Shown here: piece by piece, positions 26,501-42,569 of the stretch | Position numbering within the stretch: the stretch's first letter is position 1 | How the letters are laid out: each line of letters starts with the position of its first letter | Assembly: GCF_009914755.1 (NCBI RefSeq) | Contig: NC_060929.1 | DNA from: the human T2T-CHM13v2.0 reference genome, Homo sapiens | DNA length: 64,000 nt | Reading direction: 5' to 3' (one strand) | Made by a program: the position numbers and the translations under genes | The notes under the pieces: generated by a model | Seen by the model: only the letters and a program-made list of their open reading frames with translations | Told to the model about the DNA's origin: nothing | Databases searched by the model: none

Positions 26501-28286
26501 TCCATTCCATTCCATTCCATTCCATTCCACTCTATTCCCTTCCATTTCATTCCATTCGATTCCACTTCATTCCATTCCATTCCATTTCACTCCATTCCAC
26601 TAGGGGTGATTTCATTATGTTCCATGCCATTCGAATCCATTCCATAACTTTCCATTCCATTGCATTCCAATCGGGTTGATTCCATCCAGTTCCAGTCCAA
26701 TCCATTCCATTCCGTTCCATTCAAATCTATTCCATTCCATTTAATTGCATTCTATTCCATTCCATTCCACTCGTGTGGATTCCATTCCATTTTATTCCAT
26801 TCCATTAAAATCGGTTTGAGTCCATTTCACTCCATTCCATTCCATTCCATTCCATTCCATTCCATTCCATTCCACTCGGGTTGATTCCATTCCATTCCAT
26901 TCCATTCCACTCAATTGCACTCCATTCCATTCCATTCCATTAAACTCGGTTTGGCTCCATTTCACTCCACTCCATTCCATTCTATTCCTTTCCATTCGGG
27001 TTGATTCCATTCCATTCCTTTCCATTCCATTCCATTCCGTTCCATTCCATTCCAAGCGTGTTGATTCCATTCCATTGCATTCCATTCCGTTGCATTCCAT
27101 TCCCTTCCTTTCCATTCCATTCTGTTCCATTCCATTCCATTGCATTCCATTCGTGTTGATTCCATTCCATTCCATTCCATTTCATTCCGTTCCATTCCAT
27201 TAAATTACACTCAGTAGGATTCCGTTTCATTCCATTCCATCCCCTTCCACTCCATTCCATTCCATTCCTGTTCATACCATTCCATTCCATTCCATTCCAT
27301 TCCATTCCATTCCTTTCCATTCCATTCCATTCCTCTCAGGTTGATTCCTTTCCATTCCATTCCATTCCACTCGGGTTGATTCCGTTCCGGTCCATTCCAT
27401 TCTATTCCACTCGGGTTGATTCCATTCCATTACATTGCATTCCATTCCACTCGGGTTGATACCATTCCATTCCGTTCCAATCCATGCCATTCCATTCCAT
27501 TCCATTCTATTCCATTTCACGTGCCTTGAATCCATTCCATTCCATTATAATCATTCGATTCCTTCCATTCCATTCCATTCCATTCCATTCCAATCCATTC
27601 CATTCTATTCCATTCTACTGTGGTTAATTCCAACCCCTTCCACTCCATTGCATTCCATTCCATTCCATTTCATTCTATTTCATTCAAATCCATTCCTTTC
27701 CATTCCACTCGGGTGGATTCCATTCCATTCCGTTCCATTCTAATCCACTCCATTCCATTCCATTCCTTTCCATTCCATTCCACTCAGGTTGATACCATTC
27801 CATTCCATTCCATTCTATTCCATTCCCTTCCATTCCACTCGTGTTGATTCCATTGCATTCCATTCCTTTCCATTCCATTCCATTCCATTCCATTCCATTC
27901 CACTCGTGTTGATTCCTTTCCAGTCCATTCCATTCCATTCCAATCCATTCCACTCGGGTTGATTGCATTCCATTCCATTCCATTCCATTCCTTTTGATTC
28001 CATTCCATTCCACTCGTGTTTACTCCATTCCACTCCACTCCATTCCATTCCACTCGGATTGATTCAGTTTCATTGCTTTCCATTCCATTCCATTCCATTC
28101 CACTCTGGTTGATTCCATTCCATTCCATTCCATTCCATTCCGTTCCATTCCATTCCAAGCGTGTTGATTCCATTCTTTTCCTTTCCCATCCATTCCATTC
28201 CATTGCATTCCACTCCATTCCATTCCACTCGGGTTGATTCCATTCCATTCCATTCCATTCCATTCCATTCCATTCCATTCCATTCC
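23511..28286 (+). repeat. HOR unit 4 (4776 bp)
   Basis: Landmark spacing; carries the CGATTCCACTTC variant (~26565). Confidence 0.93.
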
Positions 28287-31200
28287 ACTCGGGTTGATTA
28301 CATCCTATTCCATTTCATTCCACTCCTTTTGTTTCCATTTCTTTCCACTAGTGTTGATTCCATTCCATTCCGTTCCATTCCACTCGCGTTGATTCCATCC
28401 CTTTCCACTCCATTCAAATCCATTCTTTGCCATTACTTTCCATTCCATTCCATTCCATTCTATTGCATTCCATTCCATTCCATTCCATTAAGCTCGTGTT
28501 GAGTCCCTTTCATTCCATTCCATTCCATTCCATTTCATTCCATTCCATTCCATTCCCGTTGGGTTCACTCCATTCCATCCCTTTCCATTCCATTCCATTC
28601 CATACCATTGCTTTCCATTCCACTTGGGTTGACTCCATTCCATTACATTCCTTTCCATTCCATTCCATTCCTTTCCATTGCACTCGTGTTGATTCCATTC
28701 CATTCCATTCCATTCCATTTCATTCCATTCCATTCCATTCCACTTTGGTTGATAATATTTCATTCCATTCCATTCCTTTTGATTCCATTCCATTCCACTC
28801 GTGTTGATTCCATTCCATTCCATTCCATTCCATTCAACGCGGATTGAGTCCATTCCATTCAATTCCATTCCATCCCTTCCATTCCATTCCATTATATTCC
28901 ACTAGGGGTGATTCCAATCCATTCCATTCCATTCCATTCCTTTCCGTTCCATTCCATTCCGATCCATTCCATTCCAAGCGTGTTGATTCCATTCCATTTC
29001 TTTCCATTCCATTCCTTTCCATTCCATTCCAAGCGTGTTGCTTCCATTCCATTTCTTTCCATTCCATTCCTTTCCATTCCATTATACTCGTGTTGATTCC
29101 TTCCCATTCCATTCCATTCCATTTCATTCCATTCCACTCGTGTTGATTCCATTCTGTTCCATTCCATTCCATTCCACTCGCATGGATTTCATTCCATTCC
29201 TTTCCATTCCATTCCTTTCCATTCCATACCATTCCTTTCCATTCCGTTCCATTCAATTCCATTCCATTCCACTCGTGTTGATACCAATTCATTCCATTCT
29301 ATTCCTATCCATTCCACTCCTGTTGATTCCAATCCATTCCATGCCATTCCATTCCATTCCATTCTATTCCATTCCATTCCATTCCATTCCATTCCATTCC
29401 CCACGTGTTGATTTCCATCCATTCAGTTCTTTTCCGTCTCATTCCTTTCCTTTACATTCATGTTGTCGTCATTCCATTCCATTATATTCCAATCAATTCC
29501 ATTCCATTCCTTTCCAGTAGCGTTGATTCCTTTGCATTCCATTCCATTCCATGCTTTCCACTCGATTTGACTCCAATGCATTCCATTCCATTCCTTTCAA
29601 TTCCTTTCCATTTCATTCCAATCGTGTTGACTCCAATCCATTCCATTCCATTCCATTCCACTCGCGTTGATTAGATTCCATGGAATTCCATTTCACTCCA
29701 TCCCATTCCTTTCCATTCCATTCCACTCGTGTTGATTAGATTCCATGGAATTCCATTTCACTGCATTCTATTCCATTCCATTCCAGTCGGGATGATTCCA
29801 TTTCTTTCCATTCCATTAAATTCTGGTTGAGTCCATTTCATTCCATTCCATTCCATTCCATTCTATTCCATTCCGTTCCATTCCACTCGGGTTGACTCCT
29901 TTCCATTCCATTCCTTTCCATTCTATTCCATTCCATTCCATTCCATTCCATTCCATTCCATTCCATTCCACTCGGGTTGATTCCATTCCATTGCATTCCG
30001 TTCCATTCCATTCCGTTCCACTCGGGTTGATTCCTTTACATTCCTTTCCATTCCATTTCATTCCATTCCATTCCATTCCGTTCCCTTCCATTCCAAGAGA
30101 GTTGATTCCCTTCCATTCCTTTCCAATCCATTCCATTCCATTCCATTCCATTCCATTCCGTTCAACTCGGGTTGATTCCATTCCATTCCATTCCACTCCA
30201 TTCCATTCCATTCCATTCCATTCAGGTTGATTTCGTCCCATTCCTTTCCATTTCATTCGTTTTGATTCCATTCCATTCCACTAGTGGTGATTCCCTCCCA
30301 TTCCACTCCATTCTATTCCATTCCTTTCTATTCCATTCCATTCCATTCCCTTCCACTCTGGTTGATTCCATCCCATTCCACTCCATTCCATTCCATTCCA
30401 TTCCATTCCATTCCATTCCATTCCATTCCATTCTATTCCCTTCCATTCTATTCAATTCCATTTCATTCCATTCTATTCCATTCCATTCCACTCGGGTGGA
30501 TTCCATTCCATTCCATTCTATTCCATTCCATTCCATTCCATTCCATTCCATTCCATTACATTACATTACATTCCCCTCAGGTTGATTCCATTCCATTCCT
30601 TTCCATTCCATTCCATTCCTTTCCATTCCATTCCATTCGATTCCATTCCACTCAGGTTGATTTCATCCCATTCCACTCCATTCCATTCCATTCCATTCCA
30701 TTTCATTCATTTCGATTGCGTTCCATTTCATTCCTTTCCATTGCATTCCATTCCACTCGTGTGGATTCCATTCCAATCAAATCCATTCCATTCCATTCCA
30801 TTCCATTCCTTTCCATTCCATTGCTTTCCATTCCATTCCATTCCATTAAATTCGGATTGATTCCATTTCATTCCATTCCATTCCATTCCGTTCAATTCCA
30901 TTATATTCCCTTGCATTCCATTCCATTCCATTCTATTCCATTCCATTCCATTCCACTCGGGTTGATTCCTTTCCTTTCCAGTCCTTCCCATTCCATTCCA
31001 TTCTATTCTATTCCATTCCATTCCATTCCACTCGGGTTGATTCCTTTCCATTCCATTCCATTCCATTCCATTCCACTCGCGTTGATTCCATTGCATTCCA
31101 TTCTATTCCATTCCATTTCATTCCACTCGGGTTGATTCCAAACCATTCCACTCCAATCCGTTCCATTCCATTCCATTCCAATCTATTCCATTCAATTTAA

Positions 31201-33047
31201 TTGCATTCCATTCCATTCCTTTCCATTCCATTACACTCGAGTTAATACCACTCCATTCCATTCCATTCCATTCCATTCCACTCTATTCCCTTCCATTTCA
31301 TTCCATTCGATTCCATTTCATTCCATTCCATTCCATTTCACTCCATTCCACTAGGGGTGATTTCATTATGTTCCATGCCATTCGAATCCATTCCATAACT
31401 TTCCATTCCATTGCATTCCAATCGGGTTGATTCCATCCAGTTCCAGTCCAATCCATTCCATTCCGTTCCATTCAAATCTATTCCATTCCATTTAATTGCA
31501 TTCTATTCCATTCCATTCCACTCGTGTGGATTCCATTCCATTTTATTCCATTCCATTAAAATCGGTTTGAGTCCATTTCACTCCATTCCATTCCATTCCA
31601 TTCCATTCCATTCCATTCCATTCCATTCCACTCGGGTTGATTCCATTCCATTCCATTCCATTCCACTCAATTGCACTCCATTCCATTCCATTCCATTAAA
31701 CTCGGTTTGGCTCCATTTCACTCCACTCCATTCCATTCTATTCCTTTCCATTCGGGTTGATTCCATTCCATTCCTTTCCATTCCATTCCATTCCATTCCA
31801 TTCCGTTCCATTCCATTCCAAGCGTGTTGATTCCATTCCATTGCATTCCATTCCGTTGCATTCCATTCCCTTCCTTTCCATTCCATTCTGTTCCATTCCA
31901 TTCCATTGCATTCCATTCGTGTTGATTCCATTCCATTCCATTCCATTTCATTCCGTTCCATTCCATTAAATTACACTCAGTAGGATTCCGTTTCATTCCA
32001 TTCCATCCCCTTCCACTCCATTCCATTCCATTCCTGTTCATACCATTCCATTCCATTCCATTCCATTCCATTCCATTCCTTTCCATTCCATTCCATTCCT
32101 CTCAGGTTGATTCCTTTCCATTCCATTCCATTCCACTCGGGTTGATTCCGTTCCGGTCCATTCCATTCTATTCCACTCGGGTTGATTCCATTCCATTACA
32201 TTGCATTCCATTCCACTCGGGTTGATACCATTCCATTCCGTTCCAATCCATGCCATTCCATTCCATTCCATTCTATTCCATTTCACGTGCCTTGAATCCA
32301 TTCCATTCCATTATAATCATTCGATTCCTTCCATTCCATTCCATTCCATTCCAATCCATTCCATTCTATTCCATTCTACTGTGGTTAATTCCAACCCCTT
32401 CCACTCCATTGCATTCCATTCCATTCCATTTCATTCTATTTCATTCAAATCCATTCCTTTCCATTCCACTCGGGTGGATTCCATTCCATTCCGTTCCATT
32501 CTAATCCACTCCATTCCATTCCATTCCTTTCCATTCCATTCCACTCAGGTTGATACCATTCCATTCCATTCCATTCTATTCCATTCCCTTCCATTCCACT
32601 CGTGTTGATTCCATTGCATTCCATTCCTTTCCATTCCATTCCATTCCATTCCATTCCATTCCACTCGTGTTGATTCCTTTCCAGTCCATTCCATTCCATT
32701 CCAATCCATTCCACTCGGGTTGATTGCATTCCATTCCATTCCATTCCATTCCTTTTGATTCCATTCCATTCCACTCGTGTTTACTCCATTCCACTCCACT
32801 CCATTCCATTCCACTCGGATTGATTCAGTTTCATTGCTTTCCATTCCATTCCATTCCATTCCACTCTGGTTGATTCCATTCCGTTCCATTCCATTCCATT
32901 CCGTTCCATTCCATTCCAAGCGTGTTGATTCCATTCTTTTCCTTTCCCATCCATTCCATTCCATTGCATTCCACTCCATTCCATTCCACTCGGGTTGATT
33001 CCATTCCATTCCATTCCATTCCATTCCATTCCATTCCATTCCATTCC
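28287..33047 (+). repeat. HOR unit 5 (4761 bp)
   Basis: Landmark spacing; carries the ATTCAGGTTGATTTCG variant (~30220). Confidence 0.93.
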
Positions 33048-36000
33048 ACTCGGGTTGATTACATCCTATTCCATTTCATTCCACTCCTTTTGTTTCCATT
33101 TCTTTCCACTAGTGTTGATTCCATTCCATTCCGTTCCATTCCACTCGCGTTGATTCCATCCCTTTCCACTCCATTCAAATCCATTCTTTGCCATTACTTT
33201 CCATTCCATTCCATTCCATTCTATTGCATTCCATTCCATTCCATTCCATTAAGCTCGTGTTGAGTCCCTTTCATTCCATTCCATTCCATTCCATTTCATT
33301 CCATTCCATTCCATTCCCGTTGGGTTCACTCCATTCCATCCCTTTCCATTCCATTCCATTCCATACCATTGCTTTCCATTCCACTTGGGTTGACTCCATT
33401 CCATTACATTCCTTTCCATTCCATTCCATTCCTTTCCATTGCACTCGTGTTGATTCCATTCCATTCCATTCCATTTCATTCCATTCCATTCCATTCCACT
33501 TTGGTTGATAATATTTCATTCCATTCCATTCCTTTTGATTCCATTCCATTCCACTCGTGTTGATTCCATTCCATTCCATTCCATTCCATTCAACGCGGAT
33601 TGAGTCCATTCCATTCAATTCCATTCCATCCCTTCCATTCCATTCCATTATATTCCACTAGGGGTGATTCCAATCCATTCCATTCCATTCCATTCCTTTC
33701 CGTTCCATTCCATTCCGATCCATTCCATTCCAAGCGTGTTGATTCCATTCCATTTCTTTCCATTCCATTCCTTTCCATTCCATTCCAAGCGTGTTGCTTC
33801 CATTCCATTTCTTTCCATTCCATTCCTTTCCATTCCATTATACTCGTGTTGATTCCTTCCCATTCCATTCCATTCCATTTCATTCCATTCCACTCGTGTT
33901 GATTCCATTCTGTTCCATTCCATTCCATTCCACTCGCATGGATTTCATTCCATTCCTTTCCATTCCATTCCTTTCCATTCCATACCATTCCTTTCCATTC
34001 CGTTCCATTCAATTCCATTCCATTCCACTCGTGTTGATACCAATTCATTCCATTCTATTCCTATCCATTCCACTCCTGTTGATTCCAATCCATTCCATGC
34101 CATTCCATTCCATTCCATTCTATTCCATTCCATTCCATTCCATTCCATTCCATTCCATTCCCCACGTGTTGATTTCCATCCATTCAGTTCTTTTCCGTCT
34201 CATTCCTTTCCTTTACATTCATGTTGTCGTCATTCCATTCCATTATATTCCAATCAATTCCATTCCATTCCTTTCCAGTAGCGTTGATTCCTTTGCATTC
34301 CATTCCATTCCATGCTTTCCACTCGATTTGACTCCAATGCATTCCATTCCATTCCTTTCAATTCCTTTCCATTTCATTCCAATCGTGTTGACTCCAATCC
34401 ATTCCATTCCATTCCATTCCACTCGCGTTGATTAGATTCCATGGAATTCCATTTCACTCCATCCCATTCCTTTCCATTCCATTCCACTCGTGTTGATTAG
34501 ATTCCATGGAATTCCATTTCACTGCATTCTATTCCATTCCATTCCAGTCGGGATGATTCCATTTCTTTCCATTCCATTAAATTCTGGTTGAGTCCATTTC
34601 ATTCCATTCCATTCCATTCCATTCTATTCCATTCCGTTCCATTCCACTCGGGTTGACTCCTTTCCATTCCATTCCTTTCCATTCTATTCCATTCCATTCC
34701 ATTCCATTCCATTCCATTCCATTCCATTCCACTCGGGTTGATTCCATTCCATTGCATTCCGTTCCATTCCATTCCGTTCCACTCGGGTTGATTCCTTTAC
34801 ATTCCTTTCCATTCCATTTCATTCCATTCCATTCCATTCCGTTCCCTTCCATTCCAAGAGAGTTGATTCCCTTCCATTCCTTTCCAATCCATTCCATTCC
34901 ATTCCATTCCATTCCATTCCGTTCAACTCGGGTTGATTCCATTCCATTCCATTCCACTCCATTCCATTCCATTCCATTCCACTCGGGTTGATTTCGTCCC
35001 ATTCCTTTCCATTTCATTCGTTTTGATTCCATTCCATTCCACTAGTGGTGATTCCCTCCCATTCCACTCCATTCTATTCCATTCCTTTCTATTCCATTCC
35101 ATTCCATTCCCTTCCACTCTGGTTGATTCCATCCCATTCCACTCCATTCCATTCCATTCCATTCCATTCCATTCCATTCCATTCCATTCCATTCCATTCC
35201 ATTCTATTCCCTTCCATTCTATTCAATTCCATTTCATTCCATTCTATTCCATTCCATTCCACTCGGGTGGATTCCATTCCATTCCATTCTATTCCATTCC
35301 ATTCCATTCCATTCCATTCCATTCCATTCCATTACATTACATTCCCCTCAGGTTGATTCCATTCCATTCCTTTCCATTCCATTCCATTCCTTTCCATTCC
35401 ATTCCATTCGATTCCATTCCACTCAGGTTGATTTCATCCCATTCCACTCCATTCCATTCCATTCCATTCCATTTCATTCATTTCGATTGCGTTCCATTTC
35501 ATTCCTTTCCATTGCATTCCATTCCACTCGTGTGGATTCCATTCCAATCAAATCCATTCCATTCCATTCCATTCCATTCCTTTCCATTCCATTGCTTTCC
35601 ATTCCATTCCATTCCATTAAATTCGGATTGATTCCATTTCATTCCATTCCATTCCATTCCGTTCAATTCCATTATATTCCCTTGCATTCCATTCCATTCC
35701 ATTCTATTCCATTCCATTCCATTCCACTCGGGTTGATTCCTTTCCTTTCCAGTCCTTCCCATTCCATTCCATTCTATTCTATTCCATTCCATTCCATTCC
35801 ACTCGGGTTGATTCCTTTCCATTCCATTCCATTCCATTCCATTCCACTCGCGTTGATTCCATTGCATTCCATTCTATTCCATTCCATTTCATTCCACTCG
35901 GGTTGATTCCAAACCATTCCACTCCAATCCGTTCCATTCCATTCCATTCCAATCTATTCCATTCAATTTAATTGCATTCCATTCCATTCCTTTCCATTCC

Positions 36001-37813
36001 ATTACACTCGAGTTAATACCACTCCATTCCATTCCATTCCATTCCATTCCACTCTATTCCCTTCCATTTCATTCCATTCGATTCCACTTCATTCCATTCC
36101 ATTCCATTTCACTCCATTCCACTAGGGGTGATTTCATTATGTTCCATGCCATTCGAATCCATTCCATAACTTTCCATTCCATTGCATTCCAATCGGGTTG
36201 ATTCCATCCAGTTCCAGTCCAATCCATTCCATTCCGTTCCATTCAAATCTATTCCATTCCATTTAATTGCATTCTATTCCATTCCATTCCACTCGTGTGG
36301 ATTCCATTCCATTTTATTCCATTCCATTAAAATCGGTTTGAGTCCATTTCACTCCATTCCATTCCATTCCATTCCATTCCATTCCATTCCATTCCACTCG
36401 GGTTGATTCCATTCCATTCCATTCCATTCCACTCAATTGCACTCCATTCCATTCCATTCCATTAAACTCGGTTTGGCTCCATTTCACTCCACTCCATTCC
36501 ATTCTATTCCTTTCCATTCGGGTTGATTCCATTCCATTCCTTTCCATTCCATTCCATTCCATTCCATTCCGTTCCATTCCATTCCAAGTGTGTTGATTCC
36601 ATTCCATTGCATTCCATTCCGTTGCATTCCATTCCCTTCCTTTCCATTCCATTCTGTTCCATTCCATTCCATTGCATTCCATTCGTGTTGATTCCATTCC
36701 ATTCCATTCCATTTCATTCCATTCCATTCCATTAAATTACACTCAGTAGGATTCCGTTTCATTCCATTCCATCCCCTTCCACTCCATTCCATTCCATTCC
36801 TGTTCATACCATTCCATTCCATTCCATTCCATTCCATTCCTTTCCATTCCATTCCATTCCTCTCAGGTTGATTCCTTTCCATTCCATTCCATTCCACTCG
36901 GGTTGATTCCGTTCCGGTCCATTCCATTCTATTCCACTCGGGTTGATTCCATTCCATTACATTGCATTCCATTCCACTCGGGTTGATACCATTCCATTCC
37001 GTTCCAATCCATGCCATTCCATTCCATTCCATTCTATTCCATTTCACGTGCCTTGAATCCATTCCATTCCATTATAATCATTCGATTCCTTCCATTCCAT
37101 TCCATTCCATTCCATTCCAATCCATTCCATTCTATTCCATTCTACTGTGGTTAATTCCAACCCCTTCCACTCCATTGCATTCCATTCCATTCCATTTCAT
37201 TCTATTTCATTCAAATCCATTCCTTTCCATTCCACTCGGGTGGATTCCATTCCATTCCGTTCCATTCTAATCCACTCCATTCCATTCCATTCCTTTCCAT
37301 TCCATTCCACTCAGGTTGATACCATTCCATTCCATTCCATTCTATTCCATTCCCTTCCATTCCACTCGTGTTGATTCCATTGCATTCCATTCCTTTCCAT
37401 TCCATTCCATTCCATTCCATTCCATTCCACTCGTGTTGATTCCTTTCCAGTCCATTCCATTCCATTCCAATCCATTCCACTCGGGTTGATTGCATTCCAT
37501 TCCATTCCATTCCATTCCTTTTGATTCCATTCCATTCCACTCGTGTTTACTCCATTCCACTCCACTCCATTCCATTCCACTCGGATTGATTCAGTTTCAT
37601 TGCTTTCCATTCCATTCCATTCCATTCCACTCTGGTTGATTCCATTCCGTTCCATTCCATTCCATTCCGTTCCATTCCATTCCAAGCGTGTTGATTCCAT
37701 TCTTTTCCTTTCCCATCCATTCCATTCCATTGCATTCCACTCCATTCCATTCCACTCGGGTTGATTCCATTCCATTCCATTCCATTCCATTCCATTCCAT
37801 TCCATTCCATTCC
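33048..37813 (+). repeat. HOR unit 6 (4766 bp)
   Basis: Landmark spacing; carries the CGATTCCACTTC variant (~36087). Confidence 0.93.
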
Positions 37814-40800
37814 ACTCGGGTTGATTACATCCTATTCCATTTCATTCCACTCCTTTTGTTTCCATTTCTTTCCACTAGTGTTGATTCCATTCCATTCCGT
37901 TCCATTCCACTCGCGTTGATTCCATCCCTTTCCACTCCATTCAAATCCATTCTTTGCCATTACTTTCCATTCCATTCCATTCCATTCTATTGCATTCCAT
38001 TCCATTCCATTCCATTAAGCTCGTGTTGAGTCCCTTTCATTCCATTCCATTCCATTCCATTTCATTCCATTCCATTCCATTCCCGTTGGGTTCACTCCAT
38101 TCCATCCCTTTCCATTCCATTCCATTCCATACCATTGCTTTCCATTCCACTTGGGTTGACTCCATTCCATTACATTCCTTTCCATTCCATTCCATTCCTT
38201 TCCATTGCACTCGTGTTGATTCCATTCCATTCCATTCCATTCCATTTCATTCCATTCCATTCCATTCCACTTTGGTTGATAATATTTCATTCCATTCCAT
38301 TCCTTTTGATTCCATTCCATTCCACTCGTGTTGATTCCATTCCATTCCATTCCATTCCATTCAACGCGGATTGAGTCCATTCCATTCAATTCCATTCCAT
38401 CCCTTCCATTCCATTCCATTATATTCCACTAGGGGTGATTCCAATCCATTCCATTCCATTCCATTCCTTTCCGTTCCATTCCATTCCGATCCATTCCATT
38501 CCAAGCGTGTTGATTCCATTCCATTTCTTTCCATTCCATTCCTTTCCATTCCATTCCAAGCGTGTTGCTTCCATTCCATTTCTTTCCATTCCATTCCTTT
38601 CCATTCCATTATACTCGTGTTGATTCCTTCCCATTCCATTCCATTCCATTTCATTCCATTCCACTCGTGTTGATTCCATTCTGTTCCATTCCATTCCATT
38701 CCACTCGCATGGATTTCATTCCATTCCTTTCCATTCCATTCCTTTCCATTCCATACCATTCCTTTCCATTCCGTTCCATTCAATTCCATTCCATTCCACT
38801 CGTGTTGATACCAATTCATTCCATTCTATTCCTATCCATTCCACTCCTGTTGATTCCAATCCATTCCATGCCATTCCATTCCATTCCATTCTATTCCATT
38901 CCATTCCATTCCATTCCATTCCATTCCCCACGTGTTGATTTCCATCCATTCAGTTCTTTTCCGTCTCATTCCTTTCCTTTACATTCATGTTGTCGTCATT
39001 CCATTCCATTATATTCCAATCAATTCCATTCCATTCCTTTCCAGTAGCGTTGATTCCTTTGCATTCCATTCCATTCCATGCTTTCCACTCGATTTGACTC
39101 CAATGCATTCCATTCCATTCCTTTCAATTCCTTTCCATTTCATTCCAATCGTGTTGACTCCAATCCATTCCATTCCATTCCATTCCACTCGCGTTGATTA
39201 GATTCCATGGAATTCCATTTCACTCCATCCCATTCCTTTCCATTCCATTCCACTCGTGTTGATTAGATTCCATGGAATTCCATTTCACTGCATTCTATTC
39301 CATTCCATTCCAGTCGGGATGATTCCATTTCTTTCCATTCCATTAAATTCTGGTTGAGTCCATTTCATTCCATTCCATTCCATTCCATTCTATTCCATTC
39401 CGTTCCATTCCACTCGGGTTGACTCCTTTCCATTCCATTCCTTTCCATTCTATTCCATTCCATTCCATTCCATTCCATTCCATTCCATTCCATTCCACTC
39501 GGGTTGATTCCATTCCATTGCATTCCGTTCCATTCCATTCCGTTCCACTCGGGTTGATTCCTTTACATTCCTTTCCATTCCATTTCATTCCATTCCATTC
39601 CATTCCGTTCCCTTCCATTCCAAGAGAGTTGATTCCCTTCCATTCCTTTCCAATCCATTCCATTCCATTCCATTCCATTCCATTCCGTTCAACTCGGGTT
39701 GATTCCATTCCATTCCATTCCACTCCATTCCATTCCATTCCATTCCACTCGGGTTGATTTCGTCCCATTCCTTTCCATTTCATTCGTTTTGATTCCATTC
39801 CATTCCACTAGTGGTGATTCCCTCCCATTCCACTCCATTCTATTCCATTCCTTTCTATTCCATTCCATTCCATTCCCTTCCACTCTGGTTGATTCCATCC
39901 CATTCCACTCCATTCCATTCCATTCCATTCCATTCCATTCCATTCCATTCCATTCCATTCCATTCCATTCTATTCCCTTCCATTCTATTCAATTCCATTT
40001 CATTCCATTCTATTCCATTCCATTCCACTCGGGTGGATTCCATTCCATTCCATTCTATTCCATTCCATTCCATTCCATTCCATTCCATTACATTACATTA
40101 CATTACATTCCCCTCAGGTTGATTCCATTCCATTCCTTTCCATTCCATTCCATTCCTTTCCATTCCATTCCATTCGATTCCATTCCACTCAGGTTGATTT
40201 CATCCCATTCCACTCCATTCCATTCCATTCCATTCCATTTCATTCATTTCGATTGCGTTCCATTTCATTCCTTTCCATTGCATTCCATTCCACTCGTGTG
40301 GATTCCATTCCAATCAAATCCATTCCATTCCATTCCATTCCATTCCTTTCCATTCCATTGCTTTCCATTCCATTCCATTCCATTAAATTCGGATTGATTC
40401 CATTTCATTCCATTCCATTCCATTCCCTTCAATTCCATTATATTCCCTTGCATTCCATTCCATTCCATTCTATTCCATTCCATTCCATTCCACTCGGGTT
40501 GATTCCTTTCCTTTCCAGTCCTTCCCATTCCATTCCATTCTATTCTATTCCATTCCATTCCATTCCACTCGGGTTGATTCCTTTCCATTCCATTCCATTC
40601 CATTCCATTCCACTCGCGTTGATTCCATTGCATTCCATTCTATTCCATTCCATTTCATTCCACTCGGGTTGATTCCAAACCATTCCACTCCAATCCGTTC
40701 CATTCCATTCCATTCCAATCTATTCCATTCAATTTAATTGCATTCCATTCCATTCCTTTCCATTCCATTACACTCGAGTTAATACCACTCCATTCCATTC

Positions 40801-42569
40801 CATTCCATTCCATTCCACTCTATTCCCTTCCATTTCATTCCATTCGATTCCATTTCATTCCATTCCATTCCATTTCACTCCATTCCACTAGGGGTGATTT
40901 CATTATGTTCCATGCCATTCGAATCCATTCCATAACTTTCCATTCCATTGCATTCCAATCGGGTTGATTCCATCCAGTTCCAGTCCAATCCATTCCATTC
41001 CGTTCCATTCAAATCTATTCCATTCCATTTAATTGCATTCTATTCCATTCCATTCCACTCGTGTGGATTCCATTCCATTTTATTCCATTCCATTAAAATC
41101 GGTTTGAGTCCATTTCACTCCATTCCATTCCATTCCATTCCATTCCATTCCATTCCATTCCACTCGGGTTGATTCCATTCCATTCCATTCCATTCCACTC
41201 AATTGCACTCCATTCCATTCCATTCCATTAAACTCGGTTTGGCTCCATTTCACTCCACTCCATTCCATTCTATTCCTTTCCATTCGGGTTGATTCCATTC
41301 CATTCCTTTCCATTCCATTCCATTCCGTTCCATTCCATTCCAAGCGTGTTGATTCCATTCCATTGCATTCCATTCCGTTGCATTCCATTCCCTTCCTTTC
41401 CATTCCATTCTGTTCCATTCCATTCCATTGCATTCCATTCGTGTTGATTCCATTCCATTCCATTCCATTTCATTCCGTTCCATTCCATTAAATTACACTC
41501 AGTAGGATTCCGTTTCATTCCATTCCATCCCCTTCCACTCCATTCCATTCCATTCCTGTTCATACCATTCCATTCCATTCCATTCCATTCCATTCCTTTC
41601 CATTCCATTCCATTCCTCTCAGGTTGATTCCTTTCCATTCCATTCCATTCCACTCGGGTTGATTCCGTTCCGGTCCATTCCATTCTATTCCACTCGGGTT
41701 GATTCCATTCCATTACATTGCATTCCATTCCACTCGGGTTGATACCATTCCATTCCGTTCCAATCCATGCCATTCCATTCCATTCCATTCTATTCCATTT
41801 CACGTGCCTTGAATCCATTCCATTCCATTATAATCATTCGATTCCTTCCATTCCATTCCATTCCATTCCAATCCATTCCATTCTATTCCATTCTACTGTG
41901 GTTAATTCCAACCCCTTCCACTCCATTGCATTCCATTCCATTCCATTTCATTCTATTTCATTCAAATCCATTCCTTTCCATTCCACTCGGGTGGATTCCA
42001 TTCCATTCCGTTCCATTCTAATCCACTCCATTCCATTCCATTCCTTTCCATTCCATTCCACTCAGGTTGATACCATTCCATTCCATTCCATTCTATTCCA
42101 TTCCCTTCCATTCCACTCGTGTTGATTCCATTGCATTCCATTCCTTTCCATTCCATTCCATTCCATTCCATTCCATTCCATTCCACTCGTGTTGATTCCT
42201 TTCCAGTCCATTCCATTCCATTCCAATCCATTCCACTCGGGTTGATTGCATTCCATTCCATTCCATTCCATTCCTTTTGATTCCATTCCATTCCACTCGT
42301 GTTTACTCCATTCCACTCCACTCCATTCCATTCCACTCGGATTGATTCAGTTTCATTGCTTTCCATTCCATTCCATTCCATTCCACTCTGGTTGATTCCA
42401 TTCCGTTCCATTCCATTCCATTCCGTTCCATTCCATTCCAAGCGTGTTGATTCCATTCTTTTCCTTTCCCATCCATTCCATTCCATTGCATTCCACTCCA
42501 TTCCATTCCACTCGGGTTGATTCCATTCCATTCCATTCCATTCCATTCCATTCCATTCCATTCCATTCC
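37814..42569 (+). repeat. HOR unit 7 (4756 bp)
   Basis: Landmark spacing; has (ATTAC)4 at ~40087. Confidence 0.93.
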